Position numbers and translations under genes: made by a program. A stretch of DNA of 64,000 nt from Macrostomum lignano (Eukaryota), in NCBI GenBank assembly GCA_002269645.1, contig NIVC01000311.1:1-64000 (forward strand). Reading direction: 5' to 3'. This document shows positions 50,533 through 62,261 of the stretch, in pieces. How positions within the stretch are numbered: position 1 is the stretch's first letter; the number at the start of each line of letters is the position of its first letter. The notes under the pieces are model-generated. The model worked only from the letters and a program-made list of their open reading frames with translations, did no database searches and had not been told where the DNA came from.

Positions 50533-53500
50533 TGCCCCAACGGCCAACATCCGTTTAAGCGATAATGTTTTGTTCAGAATCTTCAATAGAACCTTTTGGG
50601 CTCAGCCACAGAAACGCGCAAGAAAGAGGTCCTCACTCTAAATCAGACAACTTTAATTACTTTTTTCTAGATATCCGCCTACGTGACAAAAACAATATAT
50701 AAACTGTAATACCTCTTAACACAGGTACTAAGATACGCCACAATCCGTCAAATTTAAGCGACACTGCGCAGACAACCACAGAAACAGTAGACTCTACTTT
50801 GCTTGTGACATATCCAGTTACCAGTATTCTAGTTATCTTTGCTCCGAAACGAACTGACAAAGGGTCAACTTAAAAAAATTGAAGTTGTAAGATAGCACAG
50901 ATAGATCTGCAAATCAGTGAAATATTAGGCTAAGCACTGATTGAAATACTTCGTAACTTACGAGTACATAATTCAGAGCTTCCTTAGCGAGTCGAGTTCA
51001 CACTATACAGTGGGATAAATCGAGAAAGGTAGAGTTGAGAATTCAAGTAAATGCGCTTGAAATCTTTAAAATTTTCCTCCTGGATTTTCCTCAACTAGAT
51101 AAACATTCTGAAGACTACTTGTCTGGGAAAACTACTTGTTCATCTTGCTGATTGTTCAACTTTCTCTTCTCTACAAAAACTACAATACTTTCTTATATTA
51201 TAGAATACAGCAAAAAAACATAGCACATACTCGTATTCTAAACACTGCGATGATAAAGGACAGAGCAGAAAAAAGCAACTTTCTTTAAGCACGAGACGGT
51301 AACTCAGTGGCTTGTCGCAGAGGACTGAGTTGCGCGTCGGCCAGAGCGCAGCAACTGCCCTGCTAGTTATAGCCGCTGCGGGAGGCGCTGCCACCAGCAG
51401 AATCGAGCTCAAGGGGTGGGGCGTCTGGGAAGGGGTTCCATTTTTTAGCGTCAGCAGACTTTGCTAACTCAAGGTTTGAGCTTTGGCCGCGGCGAGCAGC
51501 TTGCTTGGCTCACATTGCTTTGCTTGAGACTAATGGGCTTGAATTGTGTTTCGCCAATTTTAAGAGCTGCGTATTTGGCCGCTTGATATGGAATTGACTT
51601 AGGAGCTGGATTGCAACTTAGAGTTAGTCTTTCAAAGAACTCAGAATCACTTTGGGAACGTTGGGAACTAGGGCTTCCGCATTGAGTAGTCTCTGGTGTG
51701 TTGATCGCCGCACTCGACTCCTCGCTTGCCTCGAGCAAGCTTTCAGCTCTCGTCTGAAAAGGTAAGTTGCCACGAAAGCAAGCTTTACTGAGATAACAAG
51801 AGTTGATGAGTTGTGGATTCGAATATAAAAATAATAATTGCACCATGACGCAACCACTTTGGCGACATCGTCCCAGAACAAACGGTAAGGCAATTCTGTC
51901 CATTCCGCTGACTACTGAGCACGCACATGTACATGTGCGCAGACACTGTGCGCAGGCACGCAATAACACACACGCTCATACAAGGTGTACAGCGGTCATG
52001 ACTTTCTAATCGTCAGGTCAAGGACCACTGAAGTCACTTCGTTAAACCTTCTTAAGTAGTCCTTGCGTCAGGTATGTACACCCTCTTTGCACAAGGGGTT
52101 GACCCACAAGCCCAAAAATATGGCCGCGAAAGGAGAGAGATATGAGTGGATCAGGCGATCGGTGACAAACATTAGATCTTACTAGCAATATAGTGCCCCC
52201 TTCTATAAATAAAAAATAAGCAAGGGACTAAAATTATTTATGTGAATCTCTTATGCCTAAGCGATTCCTCCCGTAAGCCTTGACATCTTAGCAATTCCCC
52301 CCGTAAACAAGGAATTCCCTGGTTTACTGGTGCAGGACATCTCAGAAATTCCCCCAGTAAGCCTTGACATCTCAGCAATTCCCCAGTAGACATTTGACGC
52401 GTTTGACGTGACGCAACTTTTATGCTTAATATTTTTAATATAGTCATGTTTTCAGCTAGTGCAATAATCCCTTTTTCATCAAGTGTAATAATCATTTTCT
52501 CATCAAGTGTAATAATCCCTTTCTAAGTTTAGTGAAATAATCCCTTTTACAGTCATTGCATAATCCTTTTCTCAGCTAGTTAGATCTTGTTTGTTATTTT
52601 TAGTCTATAACCCTCTAGTAAAGTCCTACTTTGATCTGGAGTAGGTTAGCGGGCCCGCTTCCACTCCAGCTGGCTTGTTTTAAAAGGCCATTGTTCCGAT
52701 TGCATTTGACTATTCTATTGCTTATGAGTATGACCGATCTAGTTTTACGGCTACACTCACCATAACAATATAATCGAGGGTGGTGGGAAAAGCAAGGGCT
52801 GAGCAGTGGGAAGACTATCGGGGGAGAACTGAAAGGAAACGGAAAGGTTGCTTAACTCCATGAGACCATTGGCTGGATTGGCCAACGATTGGGAGCAGAA
52901 AGTTGAGCAACTGACTTAGGAAATTTTTAGCAAATGAAGCCATTGCCCTGGCTTGGACAGTCTCCAGTGCAGGTGCACCAAAAGCCACCTCTTTCCACAT
53001 TCCACGGACTGACTGGCAATAGGAATAGATCTTACTGGTACAGAGCCAAAACTGGGCAGCTAGAGTCTAGACAGAATTCTAACTGGAAGAGAAGGCTCAC
53101 TTTTTCGTTGGCTAAAAGCGGACACAACCGGGCCGAGTCATTTGGCTTATTTAAACGGCCTGCCTTTCCCCGTCTCAGTCCCATTGACTAAGCGGGTTTT
53201 GAGGTGGGCAGGCTCTTGACAAGGCTTGGGAGTTTTTTGCCATGAACAGGAGACAAACCCTTATGGGGGGGGGGGCGAGGAAATTTGGAGAGCCTGGTAA
53301 ATCAGTGCTGTTTCTGTGTCTGTGATGCATACAGGGTAAAAGCCTAAAGGGCCCCCACTTGAAAGCTGCACCCATGGACATTGGGTGTACCGTTGCTCGC
53401 ATGCTTTTAAGGATGCTTTTTCACCTCAAATGAAAAATGCGCTATAAAAATGCGATATGATACATTAATTATTTATCAGAGAGTATAGGCAGAGAAAAAG

Positions 53501-53541
53501 AATGGGTTACAAAATGTGCAGCTTACAGCTGCAGGTCAGGC

Positions 53542-53913
53542 GGGTCGCCATCATAAGCTCGAAAAATCACATCGTCGAAAACTGATTTAGCAGCCACCAT
53601 CACAAGCTCGAAAAGTCATAAGCTCGAAAAACACATCGTCGAAAAGTTTAGCAACCATCATCACAACCTCGAAAAGGCACAAGCTCTAACCCTAACCCCA
53701 ACCCTAACTTAACCCTAAAGGCACAAGTTCTAACCCCCGACCCTACCTAAACCCTAACACTAAGGCATAAGCTCTAACCCTAACCCTATTCGAGCTTGTA
53801 ATGGTGGTTGCTAGACTTATCGAAGATATGATTTTTCGAGCTTATGACTTTTCGAGCTTGTAATGGTGGATGCTTTTTGACGATGGAATTTTTCGAGCTT
53901 GTGATGGGCCTCC
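53542..53913. mobile_element. Foldback MITE with internal telomere-like (CCCTAA)n repeats
   Basis: GG...CC termini. Subterminal inverted repeats CCATCA(T/C)AAGCTCGAAAAAT and repeated AAGCTCGAAAA in mirrored orientation. Central CTAACC repeats. 8-bp TSD GGTCAGGC at 53534-53541 and 53914-53921. Confidence 0.75.
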
Positions 53914-54244
53914 GGTCAGGCTGTGCAACTGCAAGTAAAAAAATACAAAGAACGATTCAATTTTCCGGAGAAGAAAGCAGAATATTTTTCACGTGCTTCC
54001 TTTGCATGATCCTCAACTATTGGAAAAATGGTTGCGACGAATTCGAAGGGTAAATTACCAAAAGTTCCAACCCACGACAGAATCTCAACTGTGCTCGCTA
54101 TACTTTATTGCTACCGGTTTTCACACGTCACAAGATTCTCAATCACGTCACTGAGAAACAGCGACACTTAAACGTAAGGAGTGATACTGTGCCGTTTATA
54201 AAACAGCAACAAAAATAAAAAGCTGTCAGCCAGTCAAGCGAGTA

Positions 54245-55015
54245 ATGAGATGTAAGGACAACGTCACAGGGCACGTTTCAAGGCCTGGGCGCGAACGTAG
54301 GCCGCACCGCCGGCAGTGTCCGGGGCGCCAGCATCAACCAGCAGGCAGTCGACAAAACGCCAAGTGCGCGCCTGCCCCCGCCGGTAGGGTGCCTGCAGCG
54401 TCAGTAGCAGCACCTCCCGCTCCGGTTGCGGGCAGTTCGACTCGGCTCGGATGATACGCTGGTATGGCTTGCCAGCTGGAGTCGCCGACGGCGCAAAATT
54501 TCGCTGGGACGCGACAGGCCGGTACAGCGATAGAGTGGCGCATTGGTGACGTGCTCGAAGCCGATCTTGAAGGCGGCGCGCAGCAGGCCAGCGTGTGCCG
54601 CATCCACCAGATGTTCGAGCGAATCCGTCAGCATCCAGGTCTCGGCGTTGTACAACAGGATGTTCTCGATCGCCTCCTGGAACAACGCCGCCCTCTGGCG
54701 TTCAGGCAGGGCCTCGGACTGCAGGACAGCTTTTTTGACAGCCCTCACGGAACGGAAGGCAGCTCAGGCAAGTCCACGGCGACGTCGCAGATCCTCGCGA
54801 ACGTCAGGCACCAGACCGCCGAGGTAGACGAACTGCTGACAGTACGGAAGCTTCCTCATCTGTCCGTCAGCGCCTCGGTGTCGCCCAGCACGCATAGCAC
54901 GACGGTCTTCTGTGTGTTGACCCCAGGCCGACGCTCGCCGCAAAGCTCACCAGTCGGTCCAGCTGGCGTTGGGCGCCATCGACGGTCGGCAGTAAGAGAC
55001 TCCTGCGTCAACAAT
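54245..55015 (-). mobile_element. Decayed RTE-clade LINE fragment, same family as 8853-9746
   Basis: AVLQSEALPERQRAALFQEAIENILLYNAETWMLT..GLSRPSEILRRRRLQLASH parallels the 9 kb copy. Upstream GVNTQKTVVL motif. Confidence 0.8.
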
Positions 55016-55087
55016 GCTTTGCTTATCTATAGTTATCTAGAATTCTATGAGCTAGAGGCCTCACACCGAAGATGGCGCCATATCTAT

Positions 55088-55459
55088 CTAAACATTGGCT
55101 ATACGCCTGTCGAGAACATTATCGAACGCCTCCTCGGTAGCTGTGGCGGTGGCGGTGGCGGAGGCAGTGGCGGAGGCGGTTGTCGCTACCGTCGCCTCGT
55201 CTGGTCCGACGCGCCTGGAGTTGGCATTGTTCTCCAGCTCTTCGCTGCCCTGCGGCACCGCTTTCCTCTGGCAGTCGAAGTCCTCGTAGTCGAACTCGCG
55301 ACTGGCGTTGAACACGGAGTCCATGCCCATGAACAGGATGTAGAATCCGTAGAAGCCGATCTGCAGAGCTCCAACCAAGAAGCAAGCTGTCAGCACAGCT
55401 GCATGAAATGGGTATTCAGCCTCGCTGGTCAGCGTTGCATTGATGGCATTCAATGCCAT
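55088..55459 (-). CDS. Hypothetical 123-aa single-pass membrane protein (orphan)
   Basis: ATG-initiated ORF with a GC3-rich core like neighbouring true exons. One TM segment (AAVLTACFLVGALQIGFYGFYILFMGM), an acidic cytosolic part and a T/A-rich tail. I recognise no family. Confidence 0.45.
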   Translation of the reverse strand: MALNAINATLTSEAEYPFHAAVLTACFLVGALQIGFYGFYILFMGMDSVFNASREFDYEDFDCQRKAVPQGSEELENNANSRRVGPDEATVATTASATASATATATATEEAFDNVLDRRIANV

Positions 55460-58083
55460 GCATGCACAAGAAAATCGAATAGAAAAATCTCTGTGTGGAC
55501 CACTGGAGTTCGCGGTTGATCAGTGATTGATCAAGAAAGAAGAAGAGCGCCTTGATGATTCTGACTTAACGGCCATAGGCAATGAAGAATCGGACTTCTT
55601 GAACTTTAGGTACTGTACATCAGGTCAACATCAGATTAAAATCGGGTCAACATCAGGAAAATATCAAACATTAATATTATATTTACCCATCTTAAATACC
55701 CATCCATCGTTTCTACATAGGCGTCAGTACGCTGGCTTCCAGTCCGCTGGTGTTAGGCCTCCCTGACCCAACCAAAATTCAAAACCACTCATTATACTAA
55801 ATTGTTTTGTTGTGAATAATCACCGCAGGCCTTGACGCAATAGCCATGATTGGTGGTTCGAATTCAATTGCTGATAATAAAATCCAGCAACCCTTTCCCA
55901 GCCCCCTGCGCTCCACTGAGCTGGTAGCTACAATTGCTATAAACTCAAGAGCCCATGGATTAAATTGTTTTTGCTCCAGCAGCAGGCAGAAGTCCCGAGT
56001 CGATAGCAGTTGTTCAGTCTCGACTCTCTTCGCAAGACCACACGCAAGCTGCACTACAAAGGCTGGGCTTATATGCAAGTTCAGTTGAAAAATAGAACTT
56101 AGGCAAGTCAAACTAACTTCAACCCACGGACATTTGATTTGTTGATTACTTTGCTAAGTTTTTGCTGTTGCTAATTCCCTCGCAGGGTTCATGCCGATCG
56201 CGCAGCATCAGAAACTGCACGGCTTCAAATGGGCTGCGCCAGAGATCGGCAGGCTCCAGCTCGGTCGGATGAGCAGATAGGGCAGTTCAACAGATATAGG
56301 CTGTCGTGCGAGGCCGCGCCGCAGTCCGGGCGGTCTCAGGGTTCAGCCGTGGTAGCCACAAAGCATGGGGCTGAGGTCTGAGCGCCGCTGAGCTAGTAGG
56401 CAGCGGGTGCCGCGTGGCAACAACCGCTCGGACTCGCAGATAGCGGGGCGCAGAGTCTGAAAGGCAGTCGATGCAGTCTCACACGATAGGCGCATATTGT
56501 GCTCACCTCTCCCTGTCCCAGGCTGCCGCGACGTCAAGGACCACCCGGGGGGCGACTGGCTGTCAGGAGTCGTCAAAATGTGGTGCCGTGGAGCCGCCGG
56601 CTGTTGGAAAGTTGGTGGCAAAGATTCTCTGGGCGTCGGGAGGCCAGCAATAACTGAAGCGGCAGTTGCCTATTGTGCCGGAGGACGCGGATGGGAGCAT
56701 CTGCGTCTCGCAATGGAGGTCGGCAGAGGCCCTAAATCCCGAAATTCCCTGTCGAATGTACCGACTGTGTTGGGGTGATGACGGAATGCTTGAGAGACCA
56801 GCTGAGAATGTCTAGCATTTGAGGTTTCCCCACTGTCGAGGCTTGATCAGCGAAACGCAAGAAATTCGCATCAGGGCGTATTCATAGTCACCTGGTGCCA
56901 CCTGTTGAAGGTCCAGAAGCTCCGCCAGGGAAAAAGCCAGTGACCAACGAAGTCAGAGCTGATATATGCAGACACATGTGGTTGACATGCTGATGAAAAT
57001 TGGAGGCTTGGCAAGGCTGCACTAAGGCGCAGTGCTGATTGGTGCACAGGGGTGTACTGAATACACTGGCGCTTATGGGAAAAATCCGACTTTCTGGCAG
57101 AATTGTCGAATATATCGACGGTCCGGAGAGCTGGAGATTTGGTTCTTGTTCGAGAAGGTGCACAACAAATAGTTGATTTCTTGAATTTCGTGTGCTTGCC
57201 CCCCCTTGGTAGTTCTTGGGAAATAGCTTATTACTCCTACGGTTATTGTGGATGCTCCGACAGTGACCATGGCTTGGAGTTCTAGGATTCCAAAGCCAAC
57301 TGACTTGAATCAAAACTGGCTTTTGATTATCAGACGCGGTTCGCAAATTTGCTTAAAATTTCACCTTCAAAAAAGTGCGCGTCACGAACTCGAAAATTCA
57401 CGAGCTCTAGATTCGACAATGTGAACTTACGAGCTCACCTTTTGCCCCCCAGAATGTGAGCAGCAAAGAAATTTTTGACAAGCAGCAACCAACTCGCACG
57501 TTGACCACAGATACACTGACACCTCAATCAAGTTTACGCATCAAGTCATGCACCACTCATGGAAAAATGAGTTTATTGTATTGGTGTTGATTATAACGTG
57601 TGAGCGGTGAATAAAGTTCTGAATAAATTTCTGACGCCCAGATAACAAAGCTGGAAAATTACCATATATTTGGATGCAGGAGTAAATAAATATTGGGACT
57701 TCTACAATATTTTATAATCTAAAACGGATCCGTATTGATATAAGCTTTGCGATGCATCAAAAGCGGTGAGCTACGAATCAAACGGTTGTCAATTACGGCT
57801 AGTTCAGTAACAGCGCAGATACAAAGATTAAAAATATAATTTCTGAATATCATTGAATATGAATAATGGGAACTACTTGTGTGTAGACTGTCGGATTTTA
57901 TTGCCTACCTCTTTGATCAAACCAAAAATTTATCTAAAACTTCAAACTGTGAACAGCAAAATATCCCAAGCACTGCTTCAAAGCTACAAGCCCAGCCTAG
58001 AGCAGGCAACACATGCAGTAATGCCACTTGCGAAATCCAAAAACAATTTCAGATCAGTTTTTTCTTTTTTCAACTTCTTTGGC

Positions 58084-61000
58084 TCAGAAAATCCGGTCTG
58101 GCGCGAGCTCCTGACGCTCTTCGTCGAAGTCCATGAAGAGAACGAAGAGCAGCAGGCAGAGCAGCGCCTGCGAGCCGATCAGATGCCACAGGTCGTGCTG
58201 GTCGAACGGCAGGCCAAACAGATGCCACAAACAGTCGTTGTTGGATTCTCGGGACTCAGCCGGGCTGCCTTCCCATTCGGTTGGAGCTTTGAAGAAATAG
58301 ACTGCGGCCCAGACGGAAAAGCTGACAAAAAGCAGGAAAAAAAAGACCACAGCAGTTCCTCGGCAGCGGAGCTTTCCAAGTGGCATATTTTCCCTGGGTC
58401 TCGTCTTTCTGCAACACTTTCGAATGCAGTAATAAAGGAAGTATAGACTTGCAGATCCGGCAGTCACAGCCAGAAGGAAATTTGCAAATAGAAAATGTTC
58501 ATGTAGAAATCCAACTAGAAAACTGGCGATTCCAGCGGCAAAACAGACAAAAGCAGCTAAGAACGTAAGAAAATGCTGCAACAACTGCTTTTTCCGAACG
58601 ATCAAAGCAATAACAGCCAGCAGCAGCAGCACACCACCCAGCAGGCCAAACACGAATTTTCGGTTAATCAAGGAAAACAGAATGCCCAGCGAGTTCACCA
58701 GCACCGTGACGCCCAACGCAACGAAGGTGACGTTGGCGACCGAGCCGGAGCTGAGGTGCCGCTTGCTGTAGACAGCCAGGCCCAGCATGCTGGAAAGCAT
58801 GATCATGAAGGTCGTGTCGAACTGGAAGGTGTTGTGCGACGGGCAGATGTGGTAGCAGGCGGAGAGCACGCCCTCCATGGCCAGCGCCAGACCGGCGGCG
58901 TAGTGAGCCGAGTAGCAGCGAGGAATGACGACCGGTCTGGAGCCCTCGGGTGATGTGTGACAAGTGGCGGATTCTCAGTCGTAGTCTCTAGTGGTTCTTG
59001 ATCAGTTGGCAGCGCCGGACCGGCAGCGTAGTGAGCCGAGTAGCTGCGAGGAATGGAGATCTTTGGCTCTTGAACAGCTGCCTAAAGTAGATAAGATGCA
59101 AAAGCATTTGGTAGTTTTAGTCATTTTTAGCTTTAGTTAGTTTTAGGAGGGTAGAAAAAAGTAAACTTAAGGGCAACAACTTTGTTTTAAAGTTCACATG
59201 TATTTAGGGTAACTAGGCTAACCAGAGATCTCACCTGTGTCTGGTCATGGAAAAGTTGCTTCCAAAGGACAACTACCATGAACACTATTCCGGCCGTTAC
59301 GTAGCCCGCATTCGAAACCGCATTGTTGAATGCAAAAAATGTCGTCAGCTCTGTTTTTACATTAAAGCGGCACTTGAAATTATAGTAGCACTCATCCAAG
59401 TTTCCGACGGAGCTGATGGAGTCCTGCTGGAGCAGCACCAGCTGAAAAACTGGCAGACAGTAGAAGATGGCTAGGGCCGTCAGCTGCATCACGAGGCTGG
59501 CATGATGCATTTTTTGCTGCCTTTCTGGCTGTTCTTGGTTGCCAGCATCGTTAATCTCAGGAGGATCGGGCTGGTCGTTGCCAGCATTGATATTCACAGG
59601 AGGATCGGGCTGGTCGTTGCCAGCATTGATATTCACAGGAGGATCGGGCTGGTCGTTACCAGCATTGATATTCATAGGAGGATCGGGCTGGTCGTTGCCA
59701 GCATTGATATTCACAGGAAGATCGGGCTGGTCGTTGCCAGCATTGATATTCACAGGAGGATCGGGCTGGTCGTTGCCAGCATTGATATTCACAGGAGGAT
59801 CGGGCTGGTCGTTACCAGCATTGATATTCATAGGAGGATCGGGCTGGTCGTTGCCAGCATTGATATTCACAGGAAGATCGGGCTGGTCGTTGCCAGCATT
59901 GATATTCACAGGAAGATCGGGCTGGTCGTTGCCAGAATTGATATTCACAGGAAGATCGGGCTGGTCGTTGCCAGCATTGATATTCACAGGAGGATCGGAC
60001 TGGTCGTTGCCAGAATTGATATTCACAGGAGGATCGGGCTGGTCGTTGCCAGCATTGATATTCACAGGAGGATCGGGCTGGTCGTTGCCAGCATTGATAT
60101 TCACAGGAGGATCGGGCTGGTCGTTGCCAGCATTGATATTCACAGGAGGATCGGGCTGGTCGTTTCCAGCATTGATATTCACAGGAGGATCGGGCTGGTC
60201 GTTGCCAGCATTGATATTCACAGGAGGATCGGGCTGGTCGTTGCCAGCATTGATATTCACAGGAGGATCGGGCTGGTCGTTGCCAGCATTGATATTCACA
60301 GGAGGATCGGACTGGTCGTTGCCAGCATTGATATTCACAGGAGGATCGGGCTGGTCGTTGCCAGCATTGATATTCACAGGAGGATCGGGCTGGTCGTTGC
60401 CAGCATTGATATTCACAGGAGGATCGGGCTGGTCGTTGCCAGCATTGATATTCACAGGAGGATCGGGCTGGTCGTTGCCAGCATTGATATTCACAGGAGG
60501 ATCGGGCTGGTCGTTGCCAGCATTGATATTCACAGGAGGATCGGGCTGGTCGTTGCCAGCATTGATATTCACAGGAGGATCGGGCTGGTCGTTTCCAGCA
60601 TTGATATTCACAGGAGGATCGGGCTGGTCGTTGCCAGCATTGATATTCACAGGAGGATCGGGCTGGTCGTTGCCAGCATTGATATTCACAGGAGGATCGG
60701 GCTGGTCGTTGCCAGCATTGATATTCACAGGAGGATCGGACTGGTCGTTGCCAGCATTGATATTCACAGGAGGATCGGGCTGGTCGTTGCCAGCATTGAT
60801 ATTCACAGGAGGATCGGGCTGGTCGTTGCCAGCATCGTTAATCTCAGGAGGATCGGGCTGGTCGTTGCCAGCATTGATATTCACAGGAGGATCGGGCTGG
60901 TCGTTGCCAGCATTGATATTCACAGGAGGATCGGACTGGTCGTTGCCAGCATTGATATTCACAGGAGGATCGGGCTGGTCGTTGCCAGCATTGATATTCA

Positions 61001-62212
61001 TAGGAGGATCGGGCTGGTCGTTGCCAGCATTGATATTCACAGGAGGATCGGACTGGTCGTTGCCAGCATTGATATTCACAGGAGGATCGGGCTGGTCGTT
61101 GCCAGCATTGATATTCACAGGAAGATCGGGCTGGTCGTTGCCAGCATTGATATTCACAGGAGGATCGGGCTGGTCGTTGCCAGCATTGATATTCACAGGA
61201 GGATCGGGCTGGTCGTTGCCAGCATTGATATTCACAGGAGGATCGGACTGGTCGTTGCCAGCATTGATATTCACAGGAGGATCGGGCTGGTCGTTGCCAG
61301 CATTGATATTCACAGGAGGATCGGGCTGGTCGTTGCCGCAGCACTGGAATTGCATGCAGTACAAGCTGAAACTGCAATTGCAATCGCATCCGCAGCCACA
61401 AGCAATAACATGACGAAAGTCTTCTTCATCTTTAATTTGATCAAACACTGTTAACGAATTCCCACACAGGTATCCAATAACAGCAACTACAAGCAGGATA
61501 AGACCTAAAACAAGCAAGATAACAAAACAGAGTAGCTTTTTGAAAAACCAAAGAAGCAGAACAACGAAGGAAAGAGCGAAACTTATCACAGAGAAGTAGA
61601 AAGATACAAAAGCCAATATGCTCAAAATAGTAAGTTTGCAGCTTTGATCATAAAAAATAAAAGCCACAAGTATCGCCACAGCGCAGTCTATAACGCCTAA
61701 AAGAAAAGTCAAACCAACAAGTGCCCACTCTGCCGAGTCGGGCATGGCGATCTGCTCAACCTTGATCGTGACGCTCTTGCTGGGAAACCACTGTCGCCGT
61801 TCCTGCTCCCAGTTGGCAAGGCAGTTTCGGTTGTCCGGAAACGCCGTCAGCACCACAAGGAAGCTGGAATTAAACTCGTCACGCCTCATCAAGATGACGG
61901 AGCTGGACAGCAGCGTCTGTCTGAAGCCTCGCTGGAGCACGGACGGCGGCACCTGATCAGCGGGGCAGCGGCTTCTCTGCACGGACACCAAACCGCATGC
62001 GGAGTCGTTCGACTCGACCAGAATGCGGACGGCTCTCAGTTCCGTGAAGTTTGCTCGGCCTGAGTCGAAGTCGAAGAAGAAGAGCTGCGGACCGGACGGC
62101 TGCAGCAGAACCTGGACCGGCTCTCCAAGCGACAGTCGAAAATTCGAAGCGAGTTGAGCTCTAGCACTCACAGTGACGAGCGCAGCTGACTCGGTAGTCA
62201 CCCGCAGATACA

Positions 62213-62261
<49 letters not shown>

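Larger units (their letters stand above)
45400..55100. other. Tandem segmental duplication unit carrying SID-like copy B (paralogous to about 55600-63720)
   Basis: Alignable flanks: 45590-46490 with 55680-55885 plus 57375-58080; 49300-49700 with 62650-62960; 50560-51140 with 62970-63580; and the AAGATGGCGCCATATCTA motif near 55070 with the same motif near 63685. Confidence 0.85.

Noticed and set aside
53690-53790. Telomere or chromosome-fusion relic
   Set aside because: The CCCTAA repeats are short, degenerate and enclosed within a TSD-flanked foldback element.
57103-57285. LTR integrase tail suggested by GDLVLVRE
   Set aside because: It is a single short motif with no other integrase residues, LTRs or primer-binding site.
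59502-61454. Antisense 650-aa and 624-aa ORFs over the 39-bp repeat
   Set aside because: They follow automatically from a stop-free unit whose length is a multiple of 3. Only the - frame connects to SID-like domains.
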